Below the pieces are notes generated by a model. It had not been told where the DNA came from and did no database searches. It was given only the letters and a program-made list of their open reading frames with translations. From Carcharhinus longimanus (lineage: Eukaryota): 64,000 nt of DNA. The stretch is from positions 107,131,757 through 107,195,756 of the forward strand of contig JASCQW010000001.1 of the NCBI GenBank assembly GCA_030264375.1, in the 5' to 3' direction. The position numbers and the translations under genes are program-made. Numbering within the stretch: the first letter of the stretch is position 1; every line of letters begins with the position of its first letter. Shown one piece after another: positions 12,859-25,325 of this stretch.

Positions 12859-13025
12859 AGGTCTGGCAGGCTCTGTGGAGAGAGAAACAGAGTTAATGTT
12901 TCAAGTCCATTTGACCCTCTCAAAACATTAACTCTGTTTCTCTCTCCACAGATGCTGCCAGACCTGCTGAGCTTTTCAGCATTTTCTGCATTTGTTTCAG
13001 ATTTCCAGCATCCACAGTATTTTGA
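12859..13025. repeat. Palindromic Penelope-derived terminal repeat (43-bp arms)
   Basis: 12859-12901 vs the reverse complement of 12923-12965: 41/43 identical. Confidence 0.8.
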
Positions 13026-13795
13026 TTCCACTACAGACATCACTACCCTGCTTCTATGAATTTAATTCCCAGCATTGGTCTAACACCATATTGATCAACT
13101 TTGATTTCACTTCCTGTAAAATAGGTGTATTTATGTAAAATGTTAATGTAAATAATGACAATTACTTAGCAAGTGAATGATTCTTTTAAAAAGTAACTAA
13201 ACACACTAAACGTAGGTCTTCTTGTTTGTAACAGGATAGCATGATCATGAAACTCATACTGCAATTAGATAATTCTGCTTCCATCTTGGCAGCTGCAGCT
13301 TTGATTTAGAATTATTTATTTATTTATATATAATACATATACACACAAGTGCATGTTTGGGTGCTCAGACACGCACATAGTCAGCCTTGCACAGGCACGC
13401 ATAGACACACACTGACAGACACACACAGACTTCTACCAGCAGAATTTTTAATCAAACGTAAAAAGGAAATGAGGTTATTTATAAATAATATGGACAGCCA
13501 GGGTGTTAGAACTATAATCTGTAGTCAGGTTGCAACCATCTTTTCTGATATGTTTAAAAATTAATTAAAAACACAAGTTACATAATGCAAAATTCTCCGG
13601 ACTCTCTTATTTTTCTCCAACCACTCTTCGATAAATGGCAGATAGGCACAAACCTGGTTGGCATTCAGGGCAACATTCTCCCTTCACTTCNNNNNNNNNN
13701 NNNNNNNNNNNNNNNNNNNNNNNNNNNNNNNNNNNNNNNNNNNNNNNNNNNNNNNNNNNNNNNNNNNNNNNNNNNNNNNNNNNNNNNNNNCAAAC

Positions 13796-13943
13796 CTGGT
13801 TGGCATTCAGTGCAACATTCTCCCTTCACTTCAACAGCAAGAGTCCCAACAGGGCAGAGAGGGCAGGAGCGCTTATAACAGGTCACCTGTGAATCGCGGC
13901 ATTCACATTCTTTACAAAGGCCTTCCTTCCATTTCTCACCATT
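13796..13943 (-). CDS. FRAS1: FRAS1 exon 12 equivalent (VWC6), 148 nt, phase 0-1
   Basis: aaatag|AAT...CCAG|gtttg; NGEKWKEGLCKECECRDSQVTCYKRSCPLCPVGTLAVEVKGECCTECQP. The donor lies 5 nt from an N gap. Confidence 0.93.
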
Positions 13944-14384
13944 CTATTTTAGGAAAGATTTAAAAAGGCGAAGCATTTTTAATGGAATAAATGATTTTGA
14001 TCTAAGATTTATCAAGAAGTTAATGCACACAAAAATATGGACAGAATTCCCAAAGCAAACCTGAGAGACAATACCTGATTCATATTAAAGACAGACAAGG
14101 CATTGAACTGGATTCTTTATTAGGATATTAAAATGGTCCTCATTTGAATCTTAATTTAGGAGGGCAAAGTTTAGTTTAATAAAGACATCAGATATCAACA
14201 ACTACAAAAGACTACGCTGAGTGGAACTATAAAGAGATGTATATGTACAGTTTTCTTAGGAAAATGGAAATAATTACAACTTCAATACCCAGCAGTAAAA
14301 ATCTCAAAAGACCATGTGATAAAAAGGGATTTGGATTATTTAATTGTGGCAAATCTGTGACTGGTTCATGTTAAAAAGCTAAAA

Positions 14385-14660
14385 AAATGTATTTATTAGT
14401 CACAAGTAGGTTTACATTCACATCACAATGAAGTTATTGTGAAAATCCCCTAGTCGCCACACTCCGGCACTTGTTCAGGTACATTGAAGGAAAATTTAGC
14501 AGGGTCAATCCACCAGCCTGTACATCTTTGAACTGTGGGAGGAAATCAGAGCACATGGAGGGGAGAATCTGCAAATTCCAAATAGACAGTGATTGACCCA
14601 AGTCAAGAATTGAACACAGGTCACCCACAGTGAGGCAGCAGTGCTAACCACTGTGCCACC
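14385..14660 (-). mobile_element. tRNA-derived V-SINE with a non-HE1 tail (partial copy of the same family at 18607-18797, +)
   Basis: Head tgaggcagcagtgctaaccactgtgccacc; tail gtgaaaatcccctagtcgcca matches the reverse complement of tggcgactagggggattttcac near 18730. Confidence 0.8.
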
Positions 14661-14735
14661 ACTTAGGAGCAAGCAAGAGTTCTAGGTTCTTCTTACAACC
14701 TGGAAGAACCTACAGCTCTTGCTTGCACCTAAGTG
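14660..14735. repeat. 76-nt hairpin/palindrome, 33-bp stem, 10-nt loop
   Basis: 14660-14692 vs the reverse complement of 14703-14735: 30/33 identical. Confidence 0.9.
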
Positions 14736-14862
14736 CATGCATGATTTCTAGACCTCCGGCCAAACAATGGAGTTTTTGAGTTAAACAATTATCATTTCAG
14801 TTCTGACATTGTTTAATCATTGCTGCCATTTCACTCAAAGGATCACAAAACAATTTATATAC

Positions 14863-14901
14863 CTGCAGATGTTTTTCACCTTTCAAATCTGAGTGATGCA
14901 T
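14863..14901 (-). CDS. FRAS1: FRAS1 exon 11 equivalent, 39-nt symmetric micro-exon
   Basis: cctttcttttctctcag|ATG...CAG|gtatat; MHHSDLKGEKHLQ. Position, phase 0-0 and size fit the short human linker exon (MSSNASEVKRIP as recalled), but sequence similarity is weak. Confidence 0.75.
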
Positions 14902-16074
14902 CTGAGAGAAAAGAAAGGCAATTATTCATAAATTATGCACAAAAACATTTCTTTTGGTACGAACATCAGCCTCAAACATGATGAATTTTAATTTTAACCA
15001 TTCAGCCTCTAATCTGGTGGCTCAGTCATTAAAGAATCAATTGAAATCAATGGAATAATAAATGGATGAATTTTATAACAATCAATGCCTCATTTCACTA
15101 TCACCTTCGTGATGATTGCAGATTGATCCTTAAAGGGACAAAGTAAAGGTCACATGACAGCAGGAAACCAATAAGGGAGCATGGGCTTCTGTCCTCAAGA
15201 GTCATCTCAGGAACTGATTCCAGCCTTGTGGCTATAAGCCTCTGTATAGTTTTTACCTGTAAATAAACGAGTTGCGTTTTCTCTAAACAAGTGACAAGTG
15301 TCTTTACAAACAGCCACGTAATCAAGATGAAAACTTACTCAATATGTTAGTTTTCTTTTCTATGAATCTACATTTCTGAATTTTCTTTGCATATCCTTGC
15401 ATTCTTTACTCTGAACTGGCAATAACTATTCAGCACAGAATGTTCCTGCACTATTGGATCAAACATTACATATCATACCTCCAAATTATGCTTTTAGTGC
15501 TCCTTCATGTGCATTATCAATTGTTAACACATCAAAATCTTGGTTTACTTTTCTTTTGACAGACCAAAGCTGCAAATTAGGTTTCATATTATCATATTGT
15601 TAATCAAATGGAAAAGAACAAACTGACACACTGGCAAAAGATATTAAACTAATATCAAACACTCCAATTGCCAAATTGCTTTAATGCTCAGGTCAGATAA
15701 AATGAAGACCATAAACAAACATTTCTCTCAGCAACTGACAAAGAAACTGCCTTGTAATTATTAACCACAGAATTACTATTAAAATATTTCTGTTAGCAAC
15801 CCAGATATTTTCCTTAAACTTACCATGACAGATTTTCCTGTTAAATATGAATAGTCAAATTAAAAAAACAGGTGGGCAGGTTACATTTGAAGTTTTCATT
15901 AACAGCAAACTTAGAATATAAGGGAAAAATTATTTTTATTCAACTTAACCCAGCACCTACCAACTACTGTACATTGTGGCAAATGACTGCAACAATTTCC
16001 CTACTCCTTTCAGGTGGGGACTCCAGCAGCATCATGAATGCCCCCAGCAGCATCCCAAATTGCTAAAAAGTGCC

Positions 16075-16670
16075 TAATCAAAAGATGAAGTGCTGTTCGT
16101 CAAGCTTGCATTGGGCTTCACTGGAATACTAAAGTGAATACGCTACTTTCCACACTGGTGCTTCTGACATGGTTTCCTTTTTCCTCGCCGTAGTTAATAG
16201 GACCCTTGACCCTGTCTGACCCATTTACTGCACTTTCCTTTCCTCCCAGAACAAAAACAGAGTTCCCCTTGTACTCACTTTCCACCCCACCAGTTCCACA
16301 TTCAATGGACCATATTCCATAATTTCTGTCACTTCCAGCATGATGCCGCCACCACATACATCTTCTCCTCCCTTCTCTGTCAGCGTGCTAAAGAGACCAA
16401 TTCCTCTGTGACACCCTGGTCCAATCTTCTATCATCCCTAACATCCACCTTCTTCCTACGAAATTACAGGGGCTTTATCCCTGCTTTTGCACCTTCCCTC
16501 TAACTATCCAAGGGCCCAAAGCAGGCAAATACGCTTCTTTCAACTGTACTTCTTTCAGTTTCGTATACTGTATTTGCTGCTCACAAGCAGTTTCCTCTAC
16601 ACTGGAATACCTTCACACAATCTGACAACATGACCTCGACTTGTTTGCTTGCCATTTTATTTTGCTACAC
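16075..16670 (+). mobile_element. Decayed Penelope-like retroelement (RT thumb/linker to start of GIY-YIG), with a short inverted piece at the left end
   Basis: Reads as RVPLVLTFHPTS…HNFCHFQHDA and later CTSFSFVYCICCSQ, typical of Penelope elements. Confidence 0.7.
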
Positions 16671-16671
16671 C

Positions 16672-17210
16672 CTAAAGTCTGTCCACCATCTCTACAAGGC
16701 ACAAGTCAAGAGTGTGATGAAATATTCTCCACTTGCGTCGATGAGTGCAGCTCCAACAACACCCAAGAAGTTCAACATCATTCAAGACAAACTTTACTGA
16801 CACTGCATTCACAAATATTCACTCCCTCCACCACCGACGAACATTGGCGGCTGTATGTACCATTTACAAGATGCACTGCAGCAATCCATGAAGATTCCGT
16901 AGACAGCACCTCCCAAGTCCACCACCTCAAACACCTAGAAGGACAAAAAAAGCAAATGCATGGGAACAACACCACCTGCAAGTTTCCCTGCAAGCGAGGC
17001 ACCATCCTGACTAGGCAACAAATAGGCATTCCTTCACTATTGCTGGGTCAAAGCCCTGGAACTTCTGAAAAGCACTGTGGGTGTTCCTACAGTATATGGA
17101 CTGCAAAGGTTCAAGGCAGCACATCACACCTTCTGAAGAACAATTAGGGACGGGCAATAATGCTGGCTTAGCCAGTGGCGCACACATCCCATGAACAAAT
17201 CTAAAAGAAA
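16672..17210 (+). mobile_element. LINE 3' end, same family as 9917-10920 and 29840-30665
   Basis: catctctacaaggcacaagtcaagagtgtgatgaaatattctcc…caccacctgcaagtttccc…gggcaataatgctggc…cccatgaac. Confidence 0.85.
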
Positions 17211-19029
17211 AATCATATTTCCACCTCTTTTTAGTGCCAAACAAGTAGTGAATTCAAATTGAATTCTTTTTTATCCACTTACTGAAATTTTCCAGCAATT
17301 TGCTTTTATTCCTTTTTTTAACTGAAATTGCTTCTACAATGTTCAAATAGCGCACGAGTGGATTGTTCATCAAGTCTAAGCCTACTGAAATACCACTTTT
17401 CAATGAGCCTTCTAGGCAGCCAAGTCTTTGCAAGTTCCAATAGGTTTATGTCTGTAATTGACTGAATAAACACTGATTCTTGGAAGAAGCCACATCTATG
17501 TCAACCAAAAACCTGATTCAATGGACTATCAACTAACTATGGATGTGTCGCAAGACATGCTTGTTTAGACAGCAAAACCCTGAAGAACTATTGCCTGATC
17601 TATCAGGATACTCAGCAGCTTTCATTTCTACAGGCAGTTGATGAAATGGAGCAGACATCCAACTCACTTCTTCCTCCCACCAGGTAACCACTTGTAAGCA
17701 GCACAGAGTTAGTAAGTAGAAGGCACATATACACATTTTGGGTAAAGGAGAAGCATCAGGGCTAAGCACAGTGATCACATATGCATTGTACAGAGCTAGT
17801 GTGAATATTAACTTGAACTCCAATGTGTAAAAAGTTATTTTAGGATGAAATGAACTCAGAATAAGGCTGCAGTGATAGTTATGGAATTTGAGAACTTGAT
17901 AGGCTGCTGCAGCCAGTTTGGGCCAAATGGCTTTCTTCGGCACTGCACCAATTCAACGTGGACAATAATGCTTTATTGGTGAGGGCATGAATACACTGCA
18001 GTTGTCTGATGCTCACGGTTAGTTCAAAAGCTTAAATAACTATATCATTATTCAACTATTTTCTGCAGATTAAAGGCGTACNNNNNNNNNNCCTGGGCAA
18101 ACAAGTCTTCAGTTGCCTGACTGATGTCATCATTTGCTGCTGGCTACTGCCCATTCTCCTGTCTGCCCCATGCATGGCTGAGCAGGTGATTGACTCAGCA
18201 GGCAACAGCTGGACAGCTTGGATAGCTTGTACTGCAACACTTCCCCCATGGTTTGAGGCTTCCAAAACTTTGTTTCAGGGTGCTGATAATCTGGTCCACT
18301 AAAACTCTTCTAGCCAGGTGTACCTTGTAATATTGTTCTTCACGTCTTCTCCATTGATTCCTCAATGAGGTAAGCAGTCATAGTAGGTAAGCCTAGCAGA
18401 TTGCCATCTAATCTTCCTGGCTCTTAAGATGATAATGGTGGCTTTGTAGATTGGTGTAAAATGAGCCACTGCCAGGGTCATGGATATTCTTGTGAAAGAT
18501 TCCATGTATATTGGTGATATACTTGTAGCACATTTGTAACGTAGAATGCCATCTATGCATAATGTGGTGATATTGGAAGCTGAAACTTGTATAGCACATT
18601 CTCTCATGTTTGTGAGGGTTTACTCCCAGTGCTCCAATTTCCTCTCACAGTCCAAAAGAAATACTGGTTAGCTAAGTACTGGCCATGTTAAATTCTCCCT
18701 CAGTGTACCTGAACAGGCACTGGAGAATGGCGACTAGGGGATTTTCACAGTAACTTCATTGCAGTATTAATGTAAGCTTACTTGTTACACCAATAAAACT
18801 GAATAATTTGGATCTCAGTAATTACCCACAATTTGGGAAGTCCAGACAGAATGTGTGAGGGTTCCATGGGAGTACAGATGTACAGTTTGCTAACAATACA
18901 TCAATGACCAAAACAAGCAAAAGAATTAGTAAAGAAGTAGGCGAAATAATTTTCAGGTTAAAAAGAACCTTTTTAGAGCTTGTGATTAAAGCTACTTGAT
19001 AGTTGATGAACTATTTTGAAGCCAATTTG

Positions 19030-19345
19030 ACAAAGTAGGCTCCTTTAAATAGCAATGAGATTTCTAACCAATTAAACAGGCATAATGATGTCTGTGAGGG
19101 GTATCTGTAGTCCTTTGCTTTTCTTCAAAGAGTGCCATGGGATCTTTTATGTCCAACTGAGAGGAGTTCCATATCACAACTGAGAGGAGGCGGGGTATTG
19201 CTTTAATATTTCATCTGAATGCTAGTACTCACAGCAGAAGTAAAAAGAGTTTGTCTTGATTATCTGCTCAAATCTAGAATGCAGCTTGAACACACAATGT
19301 TCTAATTTGGAGGCAAGGGTTTGACCATTGCACCAAGGTTAACAT
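19030..19345 (-). mobile_element. DeuSINE-like (SacSINE1/AmnSINE-type) fragment
   Basis: cttcaaagagtgccatgggatcttttatgtccaactgagagg; reverse tRNA-like head. Confidence 0.65.
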
Positions 19346-21132
19346 CTAAAGCAGCAACACCAAACAAATCTACTTCAACATGAGGGAAAAACATATTTTG
19401 TAGCACCAGTTTTACTTGGAGCACTGTTCAGGCCCCCAGTGCAATCTAAGGTTGTTAGGGGGAGATGGGAAATGTGGATCTCAACATGTACAGATCATCC
19501 ATGATCTTACTGCTTGGTGGCGCAGGCTTAAGTGGTCGAACAGCCTGCATCTGCTCCTGTTTCGTATGTTGTAAAATTATGACAATTGGAACACAGAACG
19601 AGCTGCACAGTAATTCTATATTGGAGAGCAATAGAATCAACTTGTCATTTGGATTCCTAAATAAAATCTATGCAAAGTAGCTTAAGTTTATTATAATCCT
19701 TTTTGCTTCCATTTAATCCTTCACGAATTATAACAGGTAATTTTGTATTGCTGGGAAGTGTGGCCCAGTAGAGGCACAAATTGGAAATTTGGATCTATGT
19801 TGTGCATAATCCCTTGACTACTGATTTAAACAGTCAGAGAACCATTTAGTGTTCACCTAAAATTTCACGATGCTTAGCAATGCTCCCCACCAGGAGCACA
19901 AGTTAGATAATTGAATGTACAATGTCCTCATTCAATTTATTCATTCAAATAGTTCTACTGAACTTAATTTCATAAGTTAATCAAGCATACTTAAATGTTC
20001 AAATTTTAGTAACCAATGACTGGATATACATATCAAAACTATTGAGTGGGCTACATATGATTATATAGAAACTCAATCCCCTGAATCCAACTATTGAGAG
20101 ACACGGCAACAAAAGTTAACTGTTTTTGACTACTCTTTATGGTGGGGATGTTCTTCATGTTCCATTCATGGTATGTAATCAGATTGAAAGCCATTCATAG
20201 TTCATATTTCTGTACCTCGTGTACCTCAAGGCAACATTGCAAGATATATTTGAAAATTTGGAAAGTCAAAGTCAAGAATGCAGTGGCAGAACGGAGGGGC
20301 TGTAGGATATGAACAACCACACCATGCTTCCCCCATCACCTTATAAATTTTTTAGTTGAATAAAATAGCACTGGAGAATTCCCCCATCTTCATTTCTTTC
20401 CCAGTATCCTCTGCCATCTGTCTTGTTCTTCAGCCTGCAAGTCTAATTGTTCTTCGCTTGGCTGGATTTAATTGTCACTCCTCCAATCTTAGCTCTAAAT
20501 TCCTCTTTTAACATTCTTTGCTGGGGCCTTAGTCCCTAGGTAATTCTAGCTTTATCTTTGGCTCTAAACACGACAAGTTCTATGCCCTTTGAAATAGTGA
20601 CAGAACTATGTTGGGTGGAGGGGAGGCAATGTTATGGAGCTGCTCACAAAGACAAATTTTCATAGGCTACTACTAATATCTGGACTTCTTATAATCCCAA
20701 ATCTTCAGTTCCAGTTCCACGTTATCAGGAAGTACCAATAAACATTTCCTGGGATAATAGAAAGAAAGTGGTCTGAATATCTAAGGCTTGTAAGATTCGA
20801 ACCTAGACCAATAACTTCCCAGTTTAGCTAACAGCTTTGCAAACAGNNNNNNNNNNNNNNNNNNNNNNNNNNNNNNNNNNNNNNNNNNNNNNNNNNNNNN
20901 NNNNNNNNNNNNNNNNNNNNNNNNNNNNNNNNNNNNNNNNNNNNNNGGGGGTGGTGGTGGTGGATCAGGTGCAAATCATGCATTTGATCTAGTCCTCTGG
21001 TTTTAACAAAGTAATCCAATTATTCCTTCATTGGATTATGATTAGTTCCTCTGTATGCACACAACCGTGCCATCCTCAAAACATTTTCCATTTGATTCTG
21101 AGCATACTCTACACATATTGAGATGGACTTAC

Positions 21133-21222
21133 CTCCTTGACTTGTTCTCTATAAACACAGTAACTACCAACCGACACACATTCAGGACAGCATTTTCCAG
21201 GCAAATGTAACAATTCTTCACC
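21133..21222 (-). CDS. FRAS1: FRAS1 exon 10 equivalent, 90 nt
   Basis: acctgcag|GGT...GAG|gtaagt; GEELLHLPGKCCPECVSVGSYCVYREQVKE. Confidence 0.94.
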
Positions 21223-22410
21223 CTGCAGGTAATTACAAACATTTATTTAAATCTGATAATGATTACCACAATTTATACTGCAAGTGTAAAAACACACACT
21301 GCCAAAGGAACACATTAATAGTAATAGTTTCGGCCCAAAGTTCCATGAGCCTTCTTCACCGCAAAAGTGTAAGAGTCACAAAACTAGTCAACAGCATACA
21401 GGCAGGTAGTTGTATGGAATAAATTGGATTAAATAAACTCTTAGCAGGCAGAGATGCCATATTGAAATGGTAATGATGACCTCAAAATGGAATATTAATT
21501 GGTGAACAGATGCCAAGATATCTTTAAAGGTGGTAGGAGTGCCAATGAAGAATAGACCTCAGCATAACAAACATCTGAAGAGATATAAAAAAAATTCTGA
21601 AGGCCATCTTTGGTTGATCAAGCATGTGGGATGGCCAGAGAACAATAAAGAGATAACGTTTTAATAAGTAAGGGCAAGAGCCACTGGTAGGCGGCCTTTA
21701 TGACCACTAACATGTTTAATTATTTACCCCGCATGCTTGTATCCTAATTATATGTCCAATGCATGCGCTTACAAATGGATACAATTCTTACTTCACATAA
21801 TTTAGCATATAAATGTACGACACAATGGTTGTGACAGCTTTGAGCTGTAGGCAACGCAATTCATAAGGGCCAATAAATTTGTTGTTTAAGAATGAAATTG
21901 ACATTAATCTCATCATCCTTGCCTGTGTGGGGTTTGTATTCATGTGTTGATAAATAAAAATGATTAATTAGATGTGCTTCTGTTGCTCGAGTCCATGGAC
22001 CCATATTAAAATGAATATTAAATATTAAAATATTAATTTAAAATACGCTTTTTCCTAAACACTGAAACAATTCACTAAAATCCCAAATTGTGGCACTGCG
22101 ATTTATTTAAATAGCCAGGATGAGAAATCCAACTGAAATGGAAAGGGTGATCACTGACTACCCAGCAGAAAATCAGAGTAGCATATTGTTGGTTGAGCCA
22201 AAACTTCTTTAGTGTCTGAAATAGGAGTGATAAAATTTTAACTCAATTCTGTGGGATTGAATACTTTTCCTTCTCATGGTGCAGAGAGTCCTCAGCAGAT
22301 GTGACTTCTGCTGGAACCTAACAAGGGTGCAATGGGCATAATTCCCAGCCAAATCCAGAAATACAAAAAAAGCTGGCAGAGGTGGTGGAGAAATTATGCC
22401 AAAAACTCAT

Positions 22411-23498
22411 GGCCAGGATTCTCCCAAAAAAATTCTAAGTTCCCAACATGCGGGAAATTGGGAGTAAAACCTGCCTGTTTTTTCCCCACGTGATTTCCAG
22501 AATGAAACTCCAATGCTCTGTGCATCACAGTACCCTAGCAGGATTCTCTCTGAAAATCAGGGGCCTATTCCCGCCCAGAAGGTCAGCAGCATAGCGATGA
22601 GTGAGCCAAAGCTTATGTGCTGATCTGTCAGCGTAGAGATCGGCGCATGCACAGCGACCTCCCCCTCCTCACTTGCCAGCCTCCAGATCACTAGCCAGCC
22701 CCACAAACCCCCTGACCACTGGTCTTTTGGACCTCCTAGGATAAGCCCCTCCCCCCGGCAGTCCCAACCCACCCACTGAACCCAATGACAACTCCCGATC
22801 TCCCCCCCGACAATTTCAAACACCCACTCCCTCCCTACCCACCTGAATGGCCAGCCCAGATTGCCCTAACTCACTCCCCCCCCCCCACCCAACCCATCCC
22901 CATGGCAAACTTGCCGCCGGGTCCCCCCCCATNNNNNNNNNNNNNNNNNNNNNNNNNNNNNNNNNNNNNNNNNNNNNNNNNNNNNNNNNNNNNNNNNNNN
23001 NNNNNNNNNNNNNNNNNNNNNNNNNNNNNNNNCCCAACCAATCCCAATGGCAAAGTGGCAGCAGGTTCCCCCCCATTACGCCCTGCCCCTCTGGCCTCAC
23101 CCCTTTGGTACTGCCTGGTGTTGATGGGCAGTGCCAAGGTGCTCCTTGGGCATTGCCAGGGTGCCAGGCTGGGGGAGCCAGGCTGGCACTGCCCAAGGAG
23201 CACCACCTGCCTCCCTTACCGCTGACTTCCTGGACAGGTGCCTCAATGGTCTCTCTTCCCTCCAGCAGGGTCAGTCTGTCTGTTCCCCTTTAACGTGGAC
23301 CTAGAGAATTCAATCCTGGGCCCGCTAATCTTATGAAAGTGCCAATTACCATTACATTTCCATATGATAATCAGCTATGCGCCATAGCTGACTATATCAG
23401 AAATCCTTGCCACGGAGAAGCGCAGAGGCCATAACGCCCAGCAGGAAGCCTGCAAAACAACCACCGCTGATGTCTCCCAGCTATTCGAGCAGTGCCCC
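22411..23498. mobile_element. GG...CC-ended non-autonomous DNA element (contains an N gap); inverted homolog of 30683-31230
   Basis: Both ends align with the ends of 30683-31230; AT at 22409-22410 and 23499-23500. Confidence 0.75.
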
Positions 23499-24769
23499 AT
23501 ACATCTCTCCAATCGTAATTTAGTCTACATGATGCACAGGTGGAAACAAGGTCTAACTCCAAATTCTTGTCCCTAGCCCATCCCTCCCACAAGCCATTGA
23601 ACTACATCTCTGAATGTGTTCCATAACAAGATGTTCCACTTTAAACTATCCTCAGGTATATTTTAATGAATTTGTGCAGGGACAATGTCAAAATAACGGC
23701 AAATCTTTATCTTTGTTCACCTACAAAACATATCTTGTGATTCTCTTCAGAAGCAACTCTTCTGTTCTGATTGTTTTGGATATTATCAAATTGTGCAAGA
23801 TAACATTTGTATATTTTCAATTGGGGTGTGTGAAGGGGGGAGGGGCAAGTAGCATCTCTTACAGGTGGATTCTCTGAACCATTGAAATAGCTCATGCTGT
23901 ATTTGTCCGCACTTTCTTCCACCTGTTAACTGTGGCTCCAAGTTGTTGTTAGCATACACACTGGCTGTACCCTGGTAAACTGCTGTCAAGGGCAGGCCAA
24001 ACCTGGTGAGAACAGCCAGCGGGTCTCCAACTCTTGATGATTCTTGAATTTGTTGACTCTGGTGTGCGAAGACCGACTCCATTGGGTTAGATGGATGAGA
24101 CCATTTCAGGCTCAATGGCCGTCAAGGCAGTTCAGCACAGTCTTGTAGAATACATAGAATTCAACAAGCCACAGATGATGTCCTGGTCATCTACCAAATC
24201 CAGATCTATCCCCAGCCATCCAGATTAGTCTCACCACTGGACCAAGATAGGTCAGGCTGACGATGTGCAACTCTCCCTCACTACAATCCAATTTATGGGT
24301 AAATCACGTTTATCAACTTAACATGATGAAGATGGCTATCTTCACCTCAAAGGATGAACAATGTATTTTCAACTTTACCTGCTTTGTGTACAGGCCAGAC
24401 AATACTGAACCTGAGATATCAATACTTGATGAGTCAAGTTTCAAGTAAATGTAATATGCATGTGGCTGGGAGGAGGGTAAAATTTGCTTCAAGATGAATC
24501 AGTGCATTGATTACAGAAAAGTAATGAATTTTTCTTTGATTCAAGTTAGATGATATGATACCAATTGTCATTGTCAGCCGGATATTGTAAATATTTCAGC
24601 AATATGCCCACTTTCAGAATGCCAAAATTCATGATATGCAGATAATTCAGAATAATTGACCTGAAGACCTGAATATTTCTAGCATTTCATTCAGATGATT
24701 TCTTTCACTGAATATAGCAAAGCCACACCACCGTAGGTCATGACAACATAGGAAAACAGGCTGCCTTAC

Positions 24770-24961
24770 CCACGAGCATTCCACTCGGGCACATTCGGCA
24801 GTCTGACAGATGACCTGCCCCCTCTCACACATGCAGAACTCGCAGCCAGTTACATTCCACATCTCTCCGTGATACCTGATGACACCTTCATACAGGCAGT
24901 TCCCTTTTCCAGACACACATTCCTCACAACAGCGTCCAGATCTTCTGACTTTATTCAGTCC
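24770..24961 (-). CDS. FRAS1: FRAS1 exon 9 equivalent (VWC5), 192 nt
   Basis: tttccacag|GGA...TGG|gtaagg; GLNKVRRSGRCCEECVSGKGNCLYEGVIRYHGEMWNVTGCEFCMCERGQVICQTAECARVECSW (lies within ORF 24647..24985). Confidence 0.96.
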
Positions 24962-25111
24962 CTGTGGAAATAAATAAAACATCAAATATCAAAATGGTGA
25001 TTCGTTTTGGCATCTTGAGGGTTGTACACAATGGCCCCAATACTGGAAGGGGGGGTGGGGGCAGCAGTATGCATTTCGAAAACTTGGAAGACCAGGTTCC
25101 ATGTTGAATAA

Positions 25112-25325
25112 AAACAGAAAATATTGGAAAAACTCAGCAGGTCTAACAGCATTTTTGGAGAGAGAAGGAGAGTTAACAGTTTGACTCTGCATTATGAGGG
25201 TCATATGGACTTGAAATATGAACTTTATTTTTCTCTCCAGAGATGCTGACAAACCTGCTGAGTTTTTCCATCATTTCCTGTTTGTATTTCAGATTTCCAA
25301 TCTTCAGAGTATACTGCTTTTATTT
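25112..25325. repeat. Palindromic Penelope-derived terminal repeat
   Basis: ggaaaaactcagcaggt…ggagaga / tctctccagagatgctgacaaacctgctgagtttttcc imperfect inverted arms. Confidence 0.75.

Noticed and set aside
15109-15308. Possible solo LTR (AATAAA, ends in ttaca); similar impression at 31290-31558
   Set aside because: No matching target-site duplication or second LTR; too weak to call
17960-18606. Possible LTR-retrotransposon internal fragment
   Set aside because: No recognisable gag, protease, RT or integrase motif in the ORFs
22785-23293. Pro/Gly-rich ORFs and an apparent tandem repeat (22888-22932 vs 23033-23077)
   Set aside because: C-rich MITE interior; the ORFs run through Ns and the repeat looks like a low-quality contig-end overlap
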